A DNA stretch of 64,000 nucleotides from Eledone cirrhosa. Taxonomy: Eukaryota. Location: the NCBI GenBank assembly GCA_964016885.1, contig OZ024742.1, forward strand, positions 116,932,001-116,996,000, given 5' to 3'. This document shows positions 27,883-41,318 of this stretch, piece after piece; the first letter of the stretch is position 1; each line of letters begins with the position of its first letter. The notes below the pieces were generated by a model that was not told the DNA's origin, ran no database searches, and was given only the letters and a program-made list of their open reading frames with translations. The translations under genes were made by a program, and so were the position numbers.

Positions 27883-30800
27883 TTATACTTCTCTTAGGTC
27901 AGTGTTGTTTGTTTGGGTGTTGTTGTTATTCCATTCATTTTTTCTGTTTAGCCTTGGCCTTCTAAGTTCTATTTCGCTGGCATCTCTGATTTGCCTATCT
28001 GCTGGGTCATTTCTATGTTTAGATATTATTTTAATTTCTATGTTGTCTATGTTACCGTCGTGTTGTTGTCTGGCATGTTCGTATAGTACTGCATCGTTTT
28101 TTCGTCCTTTTAGTTCCCTCCAGTGTTGGTCTATCCGTTCACCTATGCTACGAGCTGTCTCGCCTATGTATGTTGTTGTCATGTTTCTGCAAGTACCCTC
28201 TGTACATCTTATGTTATAGACTACGTTTCTAGTTTTACAGTTTATCCGGCGGTTTACTTTACATATAATACATTTGCTATTAGTACAGTGGGTTTTCTTA
28301 AAAGGGCAGGTTTTGCTGATCAGGGATTTGATGGTGGTTCCTGGCTTTTCTACCACCTTAATCTTTAAGTGGATCTTTCTCAGGGCCTTTTTACACTGGT
28401 TAGCTAATTTCCCTCCAGGGGTAGCGTCAACAAACATGACACTTTGGTATCTCTAGTTGTCGTACCATGAGGTGGCTTTCCCTATCTTATGTCTAGTCCT
28501 ATCTAAGCTATTCCATGATTTGCTCCTGTATAATGGGCAAATTCCAGTTCTATGAGGGTCTTATACTTCTCCGTGGCTCCTTCGTATACTCTGATTCTGT
28601 CACTTTGGTTGTAGCCAGAGAACTGCATGCGGTTGATGAAGTGTTGGATGTGTCTTTCCATTCTGTTGGGTTGCACATGCGGGACACGTTCTTCATCACT
28701 CGTACCAAGTCTGCGATCAGAATATTAAACTTAGCACTACTGGACATTGCTGAGTTTTTGAGTATCAGGTATTTGGAGGCCATGGGTTTAACATAGTGTG
28801 AGTGGAGAATTCGGACTCTCTCGTCCATAGTGTTAATCCAGAGTTCCGTGTCTAATACAGGTAGTGTATTGTTAGGGTGTTTGGAAGGGTAGTCGATAGT
28901 TACAGTTATACTCTGGTGTATGGAATTAACTATCTGCTGGATGCTTTCCATTGTGCTACGTTCTAAATCAAACTTGTTAGTACTCTCTTGTGGGGATGTC
29001 CTTATTACTATATTGATGTCATCTACGTAACGAGAGTACATGATGAGGTCTATGGAGCTCTCATCAAGAAGATTTTGAGTCTCCTTTCCCACCATACCAT
29101 AAAAAGGTTGGCAACGTCACCAGCTATGCTGACGCCAATGGCTGCTCTCTCATTTTGGGTGTAGATCTTCTCGTTGAATTTGAATATGTGGCCCTTGAGG
29201 GTAGTTTTGATACTAGCCCCTATTGCATGTGCGACCATTTTTCTTACCTGATCATTGTTATGGGGGTCCGTATAGCTTTGGTCCACCCAATCCACCTTCC
29301 CATGGGAGTCTTTTTTGCCATTGAGGTTATGGTGGGGGCTCTACCTCTTGTGGGTCTACTGGGGCAGAAACGTCTAAGGTCATGGCTGTCTAGGTAGTCA
29401 GTGTCATAGGTAAGTCTAAGTAGGAGGCCCAGTTCGTCTGTGTCGACATCGCAGAACTCCACCTCACTCTCAATGATCATCTCCACACAATTTTCCACAG
29501 CAAAACAATGTTAATGGATGGGTACAGTGATACCACATCCATACTCCCTATTATGCAGTTGGATAGGTTCTTGTTTTTGTTGCACTCACTGATTCCGCTG
29601 AGGAGGTCCTTTGTACTGTCACATACATCTGGGGACATCTTGATTATGGGGTGTATAACCATTGAGAGGAAGTAGGAGATCCTGTAGTTGCTAGCTATAT
29701 ATGCTCCGCATACAGGTCTTGTTGGTGGTCCTGCTGTCGGGTCGTCGACTGTCTTGTGGTCTTTGAGGAGCCCATACAAGGGTGGTATGCCATTGTTAGA
29801 CACCTGGAAGTTGTTGGCAGTGCGTCTGCTTGGCTTTAAGATGTCGGTCCACATCATCATGTGAGCGTTGAGGATTTTCTCTCTCCCATCATGTATTTGC
29901 TGTGCAATTTCGCTCGTGTTGGTGATGTGGGTTGCATAGCCTTGATGTAGTTCGGCATGCTGTCTATTGACATCCTACCAGACTTATCCGTGGGTAGACA
30001 TACTACCTCACCATCCCTTGTGCGCTGCTTGAGGTTAACCAAGCCTTCTACAGGTTTCCTCCCAAGTTGTTGGACCTCTGGTCTGCTCTGTCTCTTAGTA
30101 TACCGGTCTACTATTTGTCTAATCTTATTTCTAGCTATGGTGAACTTTGCCTCTGTCTCGTCATCTATTTGTTGTGGTATGCAAACCCTTTTATTAAAGG
30201 GTAACCTCGTAGGATAGATATTACCCATCTTATATGTTTTGACAGCTGGATTGACGAATAGTTTCTCTAAGGGGTTGTCATTATATCTATCGTCATAGTT
30301 GTGTGTGTTGCTATTATTGTTATTATGGTGGTTGTTGTTGTTCCTATCATTAGCATTATTATTATTGTTATGATTGCTAGATGTATTGTTGCTGCTGTGA
30401 TTGTTGTTTACTTCACCGTTATTGTTGTTGTTACTGTTATTTCTACCATTATGGTTGTTACTTTTATTATGTTTCTTGTTTTTGTTGGTGTTGTGTCTAT
30501 CATTAATGTTGCTACATGTATTATTTCTATTATTACCACTGTGGTTGTTGTTGTTGTTGTTACTCGTATTATTACCATTATTACTACTGTGGTCGCTGCT
30601 GCTGTGCCTGTAGTTAATGTTTCTATTATTATTATTATTGTGGTTGTTGATGTTGTTGTTCTGTCTATCGTTAGTATTATTACCATTATTACTATTTCTC
30701 ACTCTCCTGCTATTGTTATTGTTATGACTATTACTATTATAGCTGTTATTTCTATACTCAGAGTTATTGTTTATATTACTACTATCGTTATTATTGTTAT

Positions 30801-31400
30801 TATTGTTGTTGTTGTCCGTATAGTTGTTGTTGTTTACTTTTGCATTCCATCGTATTTTTGTGAAACACTTTTCCAGCTCCCTTTTGTAGATAGCAAATTT
30901 TGGTGGTAGCTGCAGGATTTGTTGTTCTTGTTCACTGATTAAAGTGTTCCCATAAATATTTACTGTGTGGTCATTGGTAGATTCTTCCGGTAGTTCTACA
31001 TCAGTCATATGGATATTGTTGATGTTATCTGGGTATTTTTGTGAATATTCTATTTTTCTTTCTTCTAGTTTTTTTCTTATTCATCCATTCTAATTTCTTA
31101 TTGAAATGCCTATTGCATTCGTTTCGGGCGTATTTCGTTTCATGTCGAATGACGCTCATGAAGTCATCCCTCTCGTTTGGTGTGGTGAGATTTCGGACTT
31201 CCTTACCGTTAATGCGTTTCTGTCTGCAAAGTTCGTTAATTTTTGTGTATGTTGTTCTTTTCATATTAACTGTTATTGTGTGTTTTAGTCGTTCAGCTTG
31301 TGTTTTGTTTAATAATAAATTATTTACTTGTTTTGATATGTTTGTTGTGTATATTTTGAAGGAAAGACAGTGTTTTAAGAAACGGATTTGTTCCCCCGGA
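27883..31400 (-). pseudogene. Frameshifted PLE ORF (N-terminal region, RT, Cys linker, GIY-YIG)
   Basis: TDKSG, LYGLLKDHK, PTRPVCGA, GSMDVVSLYPSI, RYVDD, PVLDTELW, CTNSKCIIC, NVVYNIRC...YIGETARSIGERIDQH across at least 6 frame changes. Confidence 0.9.
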
Positions 31401-31990
31401 TAAACTGTAAAACTAGAAACGTAGTCTATAGCATAAGATGTACAGAGGGTAGTTGCAGAAACATGACAACAACATATATAGGCGAGACAGCTCATAGCAT
31501 AGTGGAAAGATAGACCAACACTGGAGGAAACTAAAAGGACGAAAAAACGGTTCAATACTATACGAACATGCCAGACAACAACACGGCGGTAACATAGACA
31601 ACATAGAAATTAGAATAATATCTAAACATAGAAATCACCCAGCAGATAGGCAAATCAGAGAGGCCAGCAAAATAGAACTTAGAAGGCCAAGGCTAAACAG
31701 AAAAAATGAATGGAATAACAACACCCAAACAAACAACACTGACCTAAGAGGAGTATAAATAAATAAATAAATACATACACAAGCACAATAACAACAAACA
31801 CATATAAACACACAGTAGTAAACTAAGATTGAATACAATAACCAATACACAGTCACCCAAACACGAACACACATCAAACAAAACACTATACACACAAGCA
31901 AGCGCATGCGCACAGAAGACAAAAAGATAAATAAACAGACTAAATAAAGATGGCATATGCATACAATGCAACGGGTGGACACATAATAGA

Positions 31991-32032
31991 ACCACTGACG
32001 ATGTTGCAGATGTGCAACGAAAGAACTTTGTT
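31991..32032 (+). ncRNA. Hammerhead-like motif in the PLE pseudo-LTR (right copy)
   Basis: CUGACGA-U-GUUGCA-GAUG-UGCAAC-GAAA-GAAC-UU; 6-bp stem II, weak stem I. Confidence 0.55.
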
Positions 32033-33139
32033 AGACTATATATATGTGTTTGTGTCTATATTGTATCTGTATTTTTTACTGTTGATCAGTCAATGGTAAC
32101 ATTGAGGACCGAATAAATTAAATTAACCGATATAAAAGACACAGAAGCGAAAACCAACCAAACAGTAAGTCTGTTCTGTTATTAATTCTGGCAATATTAT
32201 TACACAAATATGACCCTCCCCAAGTATAACAATATTTGTTTCGACACACGATTTCATATAAAAAACCTCGCAAAACTATATATATATATATTTATATATT
32301 GTCTGAAGATGCATAGATAGGTAGCTATAGATAACTACTGTATTACCTTTGAACATTTGTCAACACTGTGTGAGAGAAAGGTAGAGAGGAAGATATCAAA
32401 TTACTATCAACCTGTCAAAGTTAGCATAAGTTTTTCCTAAATCCACATACAACTTGTATTTTTAAGATATTCTTGAATTATATATGATAGGTTACTTATT
32501 GGCATTACTGGAAACATGTAACCCAGTACACATGGCTGGATTGTCAGCAACTCAACCGACAACCTCACCAAGCTTGCCTGTTGAGCAGGTGAATTTTTGG
32601 ACACCCAAAAAACAAAACCTGTTAAAGGGCAGAGGAGCTCTAGACATTCAACGTCTATTCAATAACTGCTTCGTCTACGCAGGGAGAAGTTGATAAAAGG
32701 AGCCCTAAACAAAAGCTTGCTCAATCTTTTAACTAGGCAATCAACCAGGGCTGTCTGGTTATGCACATTTGAGGCCAAAACAAAAGAAAACGTTTGATGT
32801 TTGGTTCCTGGAGTGTTAAAAGACTCTGGTACAGGAGTTCAAATCTGAAATGAAGATCAACCTTCATATGCAGTGCACTCAAAATGTATAATATTGATAT
32901 CTGTGCCATAAGTGAAATCCGACTCCCTGCCACATCCCAAATGGAAGATGTAAGAAGGTACACAGATTTCTGGTTCGGAAAAAAGGAAGAAGACCACTGT
33001 CAATCTTGTTGTTATTATTAGATCTGACATTAGATCTGGAACTAATAAAGTACCAGTAATACACTGTTTTAATTGCTGACCTTGTGCCAAAAGTAGAAAC
33101 AATTATTAGATTTGACATTGCTAAATCCCTAACACCATT

Positions 33140-33420
33140 CCCCAAATGTGTCAGTGATCATATGAATCTTTCTCTGGATCTAGTAAAAAGCACCTTTGTT
33201 GCACTAGTGAGTTGTTACATCCCAACTCTCAATTCATCTAAGCAAGATATTGAAGCATTCTATGATTAATTCACATAGTGGTCTTCACTGTTCTATACAA
33301 GAACAACCTCATCCTAATGGTAGATTTCAATGCTAGAACTGAAAATGACTATCATATATGGTATGAAATCCTTGATATTTAAAGAGTTGGAGCTATGAAC
33401 ATAAAGGGGCTAATGTGTGA
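33140..33420 (+). pseudogene. RTE/BovB-like APE fragment
   Basis: LVSCYIPTLNSSKQDIEAFYD...LILMVDFNART. Confidence 0.6.
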
Positions 33421-33599
33421 CTTTGGGTGGACCAGCAGTACCGTTGGTAGTGGTTAAAACTGCCAACGTCCATCACAATGGCCGATGACCTTGGAGTTCT
33501 GTGTCCTTATATATCAATACAGTGCCCTGACGGCTCCTCGAGAGTCATGCGACCGTGTCATGCCATGCACACGCGTGCGCACACACACATACTCACACA

Positions 33600-33673
33600 T
33601 AGGGTGTCCCAAAAAATATATACACACTTCAACAACATTCTAGTAAATGTGTGGAGACATTTTTAAGGACATC

Positions 33674-33677
<4 letters not shown>
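33600..33677. mobile_element. Tiny Tc1/mariner-like MITE
   Basis: AGGGTGTCCCAAAAA ... TTTTTAAGGACATCCTG-TA imperfect TIRs. Confidence 0.45.
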
Positions 33678-33731
<54 letters not shown>

Positions 33732-33929
33732 ATATATACACATGGAGATATACCAACACATCAAGATGGATACCAAAATCATACCAACACCAGTCAACGC
33801 AAATTATGTCAAAATTATCATAGATAATCTGCAAAATGTTTTATACAGGCTGAAATGGAAGGCACTAATATTCCTTGGAGAGAGCCACCACTGGTCCCGA
33901 TCATTTTAATTTTAAGTCACGCAAATATC

Positions 33930-34975
33930 ATCCTACAGTTTGAGACCTACGTAGCGGATGTATTACTAATTATTAATAATATTATGCTCCATAAGTACTA
34001 TGACCGTTTCCAAACTAAACTTTCGCTTGACATTAATAAGATTAAATCTAGGAATATTTTCGTTTTCTCTTATAAAACTAAAACCTTATACAAAGTAGCT
34101 AAAGTTAAATATAATAAGCTATTATTAGATAGATAATATGAGAAAGCAAAAACTAGTATCTTTAATAATATTAACAACGAAGCTAAAGACATTGCTAGAT
34201 ACTTAAAGATAGATAAAAGAACTAAAAGCTTAACTAAACGTAAAGTTTATATCACCTTGAAAGACCATAAACAAGACTGTAATAACAGACCTAGTTATAG
34301 ATTGATTAACCCTACTAGAACTGAACTGAAATAAGATTAGCTAATAAGAAGATACTAAGAAAGATAAATATACGTACTAAAAATAACACTGAATTGTTGC
34401 AATGGAAGAATAATTCTTCAACGATAGTCTAGTTCAATAATATTCCAGATAAAAATGTCAAGTTTACACAAATCGACATAACATATTTTTAATCTTCCGC
34501 CACTATTTTTCTATGATCGAAAGCTTTAGAGCGGGCCCGTCACTTTTGTTCAATCACTGAACAAGCAATAAGAGTCATTATGCACTCCAAAAAGACCTTC
34601 CTATTTAAATTTGTTAAAAACATCAAACCCAGAGGATCTCTTCGATGTATCGATGGGGTTGTATGACTGTGTGGATGTGTGCGATTTGGTTGGAGTATTC
34701 ATGCTTCATACTCTTAAAGGAAAATTACCCAACCCCATCATTGGGTTCTACTGCTACGAAGGTATGGTAGTATCCCAAATGGCAACGGCCATTCTCTGGA
34801 TAATTTCTGCAATTTTTTAGATATTAACTTGTATTTAGCTATTGATACTCATATGTCTAGTGAAACTCTAAGATATATCAACAGACATTCCTGTTACCCA
34901 CCAGTAATCTTTAAAAACTTAGTCTCAAACATTAGACGTAGGATCTTCGATTTATATTCCTCCAATGAGATATTA
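33930..34975 (+). pseudogene. Degenerate PLE RT, Hydra-type by motif resemblance
   Basis: ITLKDHKQDCNNRPSYRLINPTRTEL; FDVSMGLYDCVDVCDLVG; YINRHSCYPPVIFKNL. Confidence 0.7.
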
Positions 34976-35130
34976 GATACGCTTTTTATAATAGATTTAA
35001 TAATGGACAATATGTGATTAGAGTTTTTACTAACATTGGTAAGGTATTCATTAACTTTGTGTAAAGGTTTATATATACCAAAATTTAGTTCAAGTGTCAG
35101 AAAACGGGATAAAATCGACAACCACATTTC
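34975..35130 (-). pseudogene. Second, opposite-strand PLE thumb fragment
   Basis: FLTLELNFGIYKPLHKVNEYLTNVSKNSNHILSIIKSI. Confidence 0.55.
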
Positions 35131-36238
35131 AGGGTCAATTGTACGTTCAGCTAGGTTTTATCAAGGAGACTGACGTGAATATGAACCTTGCTCACTCGAA
35201 ATACAAGAAGTGACCTATTAAATTTGAAGCACGACTGGATCTTCAATTGCCACCATAAAACTTTAAAACAGTTTCTAAATATAATCCAGGTTATTCCATA
35301 TTATCGTCCGTTATCTATGTACATCTCCAACTAACCAACTCCGAATAAGATTCTCCTTAACTGCAGACAACAACTGCGAAGCTTAATATGCACACACCAA
35401 TACCAACATATACATACAGAATACATAAGATATACAAGAATTACTGTCAGACATACACACCAGAGAACAGAGGAATAACATTACAAATTACGGAATATTC
35501 ACACCGATGGTTAACCTTCAAGTAAATACTTCCAAATACGATTCGAACTTATAATCTCCACATTTATATTTAATGTAAACTATACAACCCACACTTAAGC
35601 ACCGTGTAACTATAACATTTCTAAGTCTCTCATACAATTTATCCTATCAGGATCATAAATCTATATGTACTACAAAGATCCACATCAGAAGTCGCCTTAA
35701 ATGTTTGTATAACATGGAGCCATGCTGTCACATATCTTCCTTAACTGACATCAATAGTGGTTGTTTAAATGACAATTTTAACCTTTTCTTCTTCTTTTGT
35801 ATCTTTTCCTTTTCTCCCTTTCCTCTAAACTGCAACTTCTCCAGCCCCCATATATCTCTCAATATCAATACGGAACTTAACACCAACGTTTATATCCCAC
35901 CTTCTCTACTTTTAATACAATTTGCACTTGTAACCGCTTACCATTAGTTTAATGACTCGCACATCAACGATTGGCCAAACAGTAATGAACTAAATACCAT
36001 ACTGCAATCTAATGCATTCTTGTCAACCTTCTATGATTACGAAGGTCAGCATAATTTTAGACTTATAAGCACTTCCCATTTAAGTAATGATCCAAGCGCA
36101 CCATTGATTTTCCAAATTCCAGTATACTGGCCATTCTAATAACATCTTACACATTTCATCAACCCCTTCCCCATTAACTTACGCAGAAGAATATATGCAT
36201 GTGTGCGCGTATGTATATATGGATATCGATATAAACTC

Positions 36239-36306
<68 letters not shown>

Positions 36307-36479
36307 GGTATGTGTCTATGACTCTGATAATCATTATATCATTTTTCGGAAAATTATTTCTGACTTGATACTTGGAAATTAATCTCAGCCGTATGGAATA
36401 AATGATTATGTAACAATACCGATATCATAGGCTGTTAAGCAAGGTAAAACATGTGACAGTATCAACTATTATTGATAGA

Positions 36480-37400
<921 letters not shown>

Positions 37401-37711
37401 CAGACGAAACTGCAACGAGCAGCCAACATTGACACCAATGGACAGATTAAGGAAGATAAATTTCTTCAGAAACAACCACACTGCAAGTCAATTTCCAACA
37501 CCAACGGACAAACTAAGAATGCCAGCATTACCGACTGAAATATCAAAATACATATATTTAGAAATAATTACTCCCTCAGTCAACTTTAAGAACACTCAAC
37601 TATTTAGGTCAGTCCCACGGACAGCTCCCTTTACTAATATAAATAGTGATACTATTACTACTACACCTCCCCGTCGTCCCCTTCTGCTTCGTCCACGTGG
37701 GCATCTTCATA

Positions 37712-37883
37712 CTACGGAAGTGTAGAATAACATTGGAAGTTTGGTAAGGAACCAGGTGGACCATAACGCGCCCGAGTACTCGATACTTTGGGTAGTAGAG
37801 TGGATAATAGGCTATTTCTGGAGTCCAGAAATAGCCGTGGAAACGGCTTGAGATCTGCCGTCAGGCTCCTGAACCTTTTCCTA
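37712..37883 (-). mobile_element. Family A palindrome+tail insertion with most of one arm deleted
   Basis: Tail and one arm match 15511-15698; residual hairpin GGCTATTTCTGGAGTCCAGAAATAGCC. Confidence 0.75.
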
Positions 37884-38192
37884 TATATATATATATATAT
37901 ATATATATAGCGGGTAAAAGGATGATTAACGCGAATAAACGATACACTAGGGTTTATTCCAAGTTTTAACATATTTTTCATCCCCTAATAAGCAATGAAT
38001 TCTAGTCTTGAGCCTGCAATCATGAACATGAATAATCCATTACCTATTGTGAAATTCCATTTTAAATACACAAAACAGTGCAGTCACTAGGTAAATTATC
38101 AATATATGAGTATTTTGATAATTCACTAGAATCCGTGAACCTAATACTGAGACGTTGTACTACACCCTTCACTTAATTTTTGTTTTCTGTTT

Positions 38193-38240
<48 letters not shown>

Positions 38241-38243
<3 letters not shown>

Positions 38244-39407
38244 CTTTAGGTCGTTTTAGAAGCCTCAACAATGCAGATGTGTAAATCTCTGGGTAACAAG
38301 ATCCGGTGGTGGAGAGAGAGATATAAGTGAATGTAGGTTGAGATGTGTAGTGTCTAGAAGAGTGTAGGAAAGAGCGTAAAGGATAACAATAATAATAACA
38401 CAAGATAGAGTTACCTTGGGAGAGATTTAATTGTCCCTATATATTTCGGATTTACATCCATCAACTGGTGGGTTTTTCCAGGGGCGGGGAAGGTTGTCTG
38501 TCGGAAAGGTGCGAAACGTGTCCTCCACTGTTCGTTGTTTTGAATATCTGAGGTATTCAGCAGAGCGTGCGTGCGCGTGAAATGGGATCGGTCAAGCAGA
38601 GGTCAGCGGCCGAAAAAGTTCTTTCAAACCAACCACCTCATTTCGCTTCTCTCGGATCAGTTATTTATTTGTGGCCCTAGGCGTTTGATCCAATGTGCTT
38701 CCTTGATTCGTAATGTACCGACGTTTCTTTCTGTAAACAAACGATGCAGCAACACACATACAGTAGCATTCCACCATACGAACATACTACACTGCTAATA
38801 CAGACGAACGAGGCAACAATACACGCACACACACTCAAGCGAGACAACAACACACGCACACACATACACACAGTAACATTCACCAAACAGGCAGAGAATA
38901 CTATCACAACCATACACTATTCAAAAGGGCAGATAATTCAATGGACTGACAGCTAACGCCACCCCACTCCCACAATTGAAAGAACTATTTCGGCCGCCGA
39001 CCTCTGCTTGACCGACCCCATTTCACGTGCACGTGCGCTCTGCTGAATACCTCAGGTATTCAAAACAGCGAACAGCGAAGGACACATTTCGCACCTTTCC
39101 GACAGACAACCTCCCCCCCCCCCCCCGGAAAAAACCCCAGTTGATAGAGGTGAATCCGAAATATATAGGGACAATTAAATCCTCTCCAAGGTAATTCTAT
39201 CTCGTGTTATCATTATTGTTATCCTTTACGCTCTTTCCTACATTCTTCTACACGCTACACATCTCAACCTACATTCACTTACATCTCTCTCTCCACCACC
39301 GGATCTTGTTACCCGGAGATTTACCCATCTGCATTGTTGAGGCTTCCAAAACCACCTAAAGAAATATACCTTATTATTCCACAATGCTTCAAGCAAACTT
39401 CAATACG

Positions 39408-39410
<3 letters not shown>
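38241..39410 (-). mobile_element. Truncated PLE with about 390-bp inverted pseudo-LTRs and a tail
   Basis: Arms 38241-38627 / 38976-39365; spacer minus strand reads LRIKEAHWIKRLGPQINN* (GIY-YIG C-terminus, stop at 38657-38659); (TA)n flanks. Confidence 0.8.
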
Positions 39411-39483
<73 letters not shown>

Positions 39484-39827
39484 AATATGAGAATAAACGT
39501 GCTGCGTGGTTGCTAATGTTTACCAAATTCACAGACTAGATTCCTTCTTCCTCCCGTTAGACCTGTACGGAATACCTTCCTTGCTCACATTCCAACCAGG
39601 TTTGATGGTCTTTATTCTCTCTCGTTCACGATTTCACCGAACTTATATTCATGGAAATTTGGGACTTGACTCCTTCTTCCTCATTTTTCGTTGCTTCACT
39701 ATCTTTGTTTGTTTACACTCTCGTGTCCCCTTTATTTACGTGTCCCAACGACTTTTTTTAGCCGTTGCTCGCACCAACCGGAGGTATATGGTCTTTAAAG
39801 CGATGAAATACCAATGATGGTTGGAAG

Positions 39828-39905
<78 letters not shown>

Positions 39906-39908
<3 letters not shown>

Positions 39909-40204
39909 CGTTTCTGAATTTGTTTAGCAAGATTCTTTATCTGAAATCGTGTGTTGAAACCGATATTGTCATACTTTGGGAGGGTCATGTTGCCAATAAG
40001 AAACACACGCACCAGTTGCTTTCACTTCAATTTAATTTATTATATATTTATAAATTTACAAATTTATAAATTTCTGGTTGTGGAACCAACCAACCAACCA
40101 GAAATTTATAAATTTGTAAATTTATAAATATATAATAAATTAAATTGAAGTGAAAGCAACTGGTGCGTGTGTTTCTTATTGGCAACATGACCCTCCCAAA
40201 GTAT

Positions 40205-40212
<8 letters not shown>
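39906..40212 (-). mobile_element. Family B palindrome+tail insertion (about 118-bp arms)
   Basis: Arms 39963-40080 / 40095-40212; tail near-identical to 15816-15872. Confidence 0.85.
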
Positions 40213-40256
<44 letters not shown>

Positions 40257-40517
40257 GGAAAAAATGAAACGAAATTTCATTTCCCACTCTTAGTACGGCA
40301 GTTACTTAAATATAAGTATGTACACATACATACATATATGTATACAGACGTACAGTAGTATGTATATATATATACATACATGCACACATATATATATGTA
40401 CGTATGGGTTCACCGAACATTTATTATAATGCTCGGTGTGTTTGTAAACAAACATCCCGTATTAAGCCGTAGTGTCTAGCAACCGTCGTTGCTCGTTTGT
40501 TCAACACTGACAAAGAA

Positions 40518-40560
40518 ACGCTGTACTAGTTTCAAGCTTATTAGCTATCATCAGCAACGT
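40518..40560 (-). ncRNA. Minimal type I hammerhead ribozyme
   Basis: ACGUUG-CUGAUGA-U AGCU AAUA AGCU U-GAAA-CUAG-UA-CAGCGU. Confidence 0.8.
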
Positions 40561-41072
40561 ATACCTTCCTGCCAGATTGTTGAACGTATATACTTACCTT
40601 ATGCATATTAAGTGCTGAGTAGCGCAATTTGCATATGGAGTGGGTTAATCGGTCGGGTGCACCGAAAACGATAAACGGAAAAAATGAAACGAAAGTTCAT
40701 TTCCCACACTTAGTACGGCTGTTACTTAAATATAAGTATGTACACGTACATACATATATGTTTGTTTACAAACACACCGAGCATTATAATAAATGTTCGG
40801 TGAATCCATACGTACATATATATATGTGTGCATGTATGTATATATATATACATACTACTGTACGTCTGTATACATATATGTATGTACGTGTACATACTTA
40901 TATTTAAGTAATAGCCGTACTAAGAGTGGGAAATGAAATTTCGTTTCATTTTTTCCGTTTATCGTTTTCGGTGCACCCGGCCGATTAACCCACTCGATAT
41001 GCAAATTGGGCTACTCAGCCGTTAATATGCATAAGGTAAGTATATACGTTCAACAATCTGGTAGGAAGGGAT

Positions 41073-41115
41073 ACGTTGCTGACGATAGCTAATAAGCTTG
41101 AAACTAGTACAGCGT
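41073..41115 (+). ncRNA. Minimal type I hammerhead ribozyme
   Basis: ACGUUG-CUGACGA-U AGCU AAUA AGCU U-GAAA-CUAG-UA-CAGCGU; distal stem I GTTCAACA (41048) / TGTTGAAC (41127). Confidence 0.8.
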
Positions 41116-41318
41116 TCCTTTGTCAGTGTTGAACAAACGAGCAACGATGGTTGCTAGACACTATGGCTTAATACGGGATGTTTGTTTCCAAACACACCGA
41201 GCATTATAATAAATGTTCGGTGAATCCATACGTACATATATATATATGTGTGCATGTATGTATATATATATACATACTACTGTACGTCTGTATACATATA
41301 TGTATGTACGTGTACATA

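Larger units (their letters stand above)
27424..32275 (-). mobile_element. Penelope-like element (RT + C-terminal GIY-YIG) with inverted pseudo-LTR, in (TA)n
   Basis: 27424-28248 is the inverted copy of 31396-32233; extra tail 32234-32275; CCGG microhomology at the inversion junction. Confidence 0.93.

Noticed and set aside
28453-28455. In-frame stop upstream of the PLE GIY-YIG region as possible selenocysteine recoding
   Set aside because: The codon is TAG, not TGA, and the ORF has many other lesions
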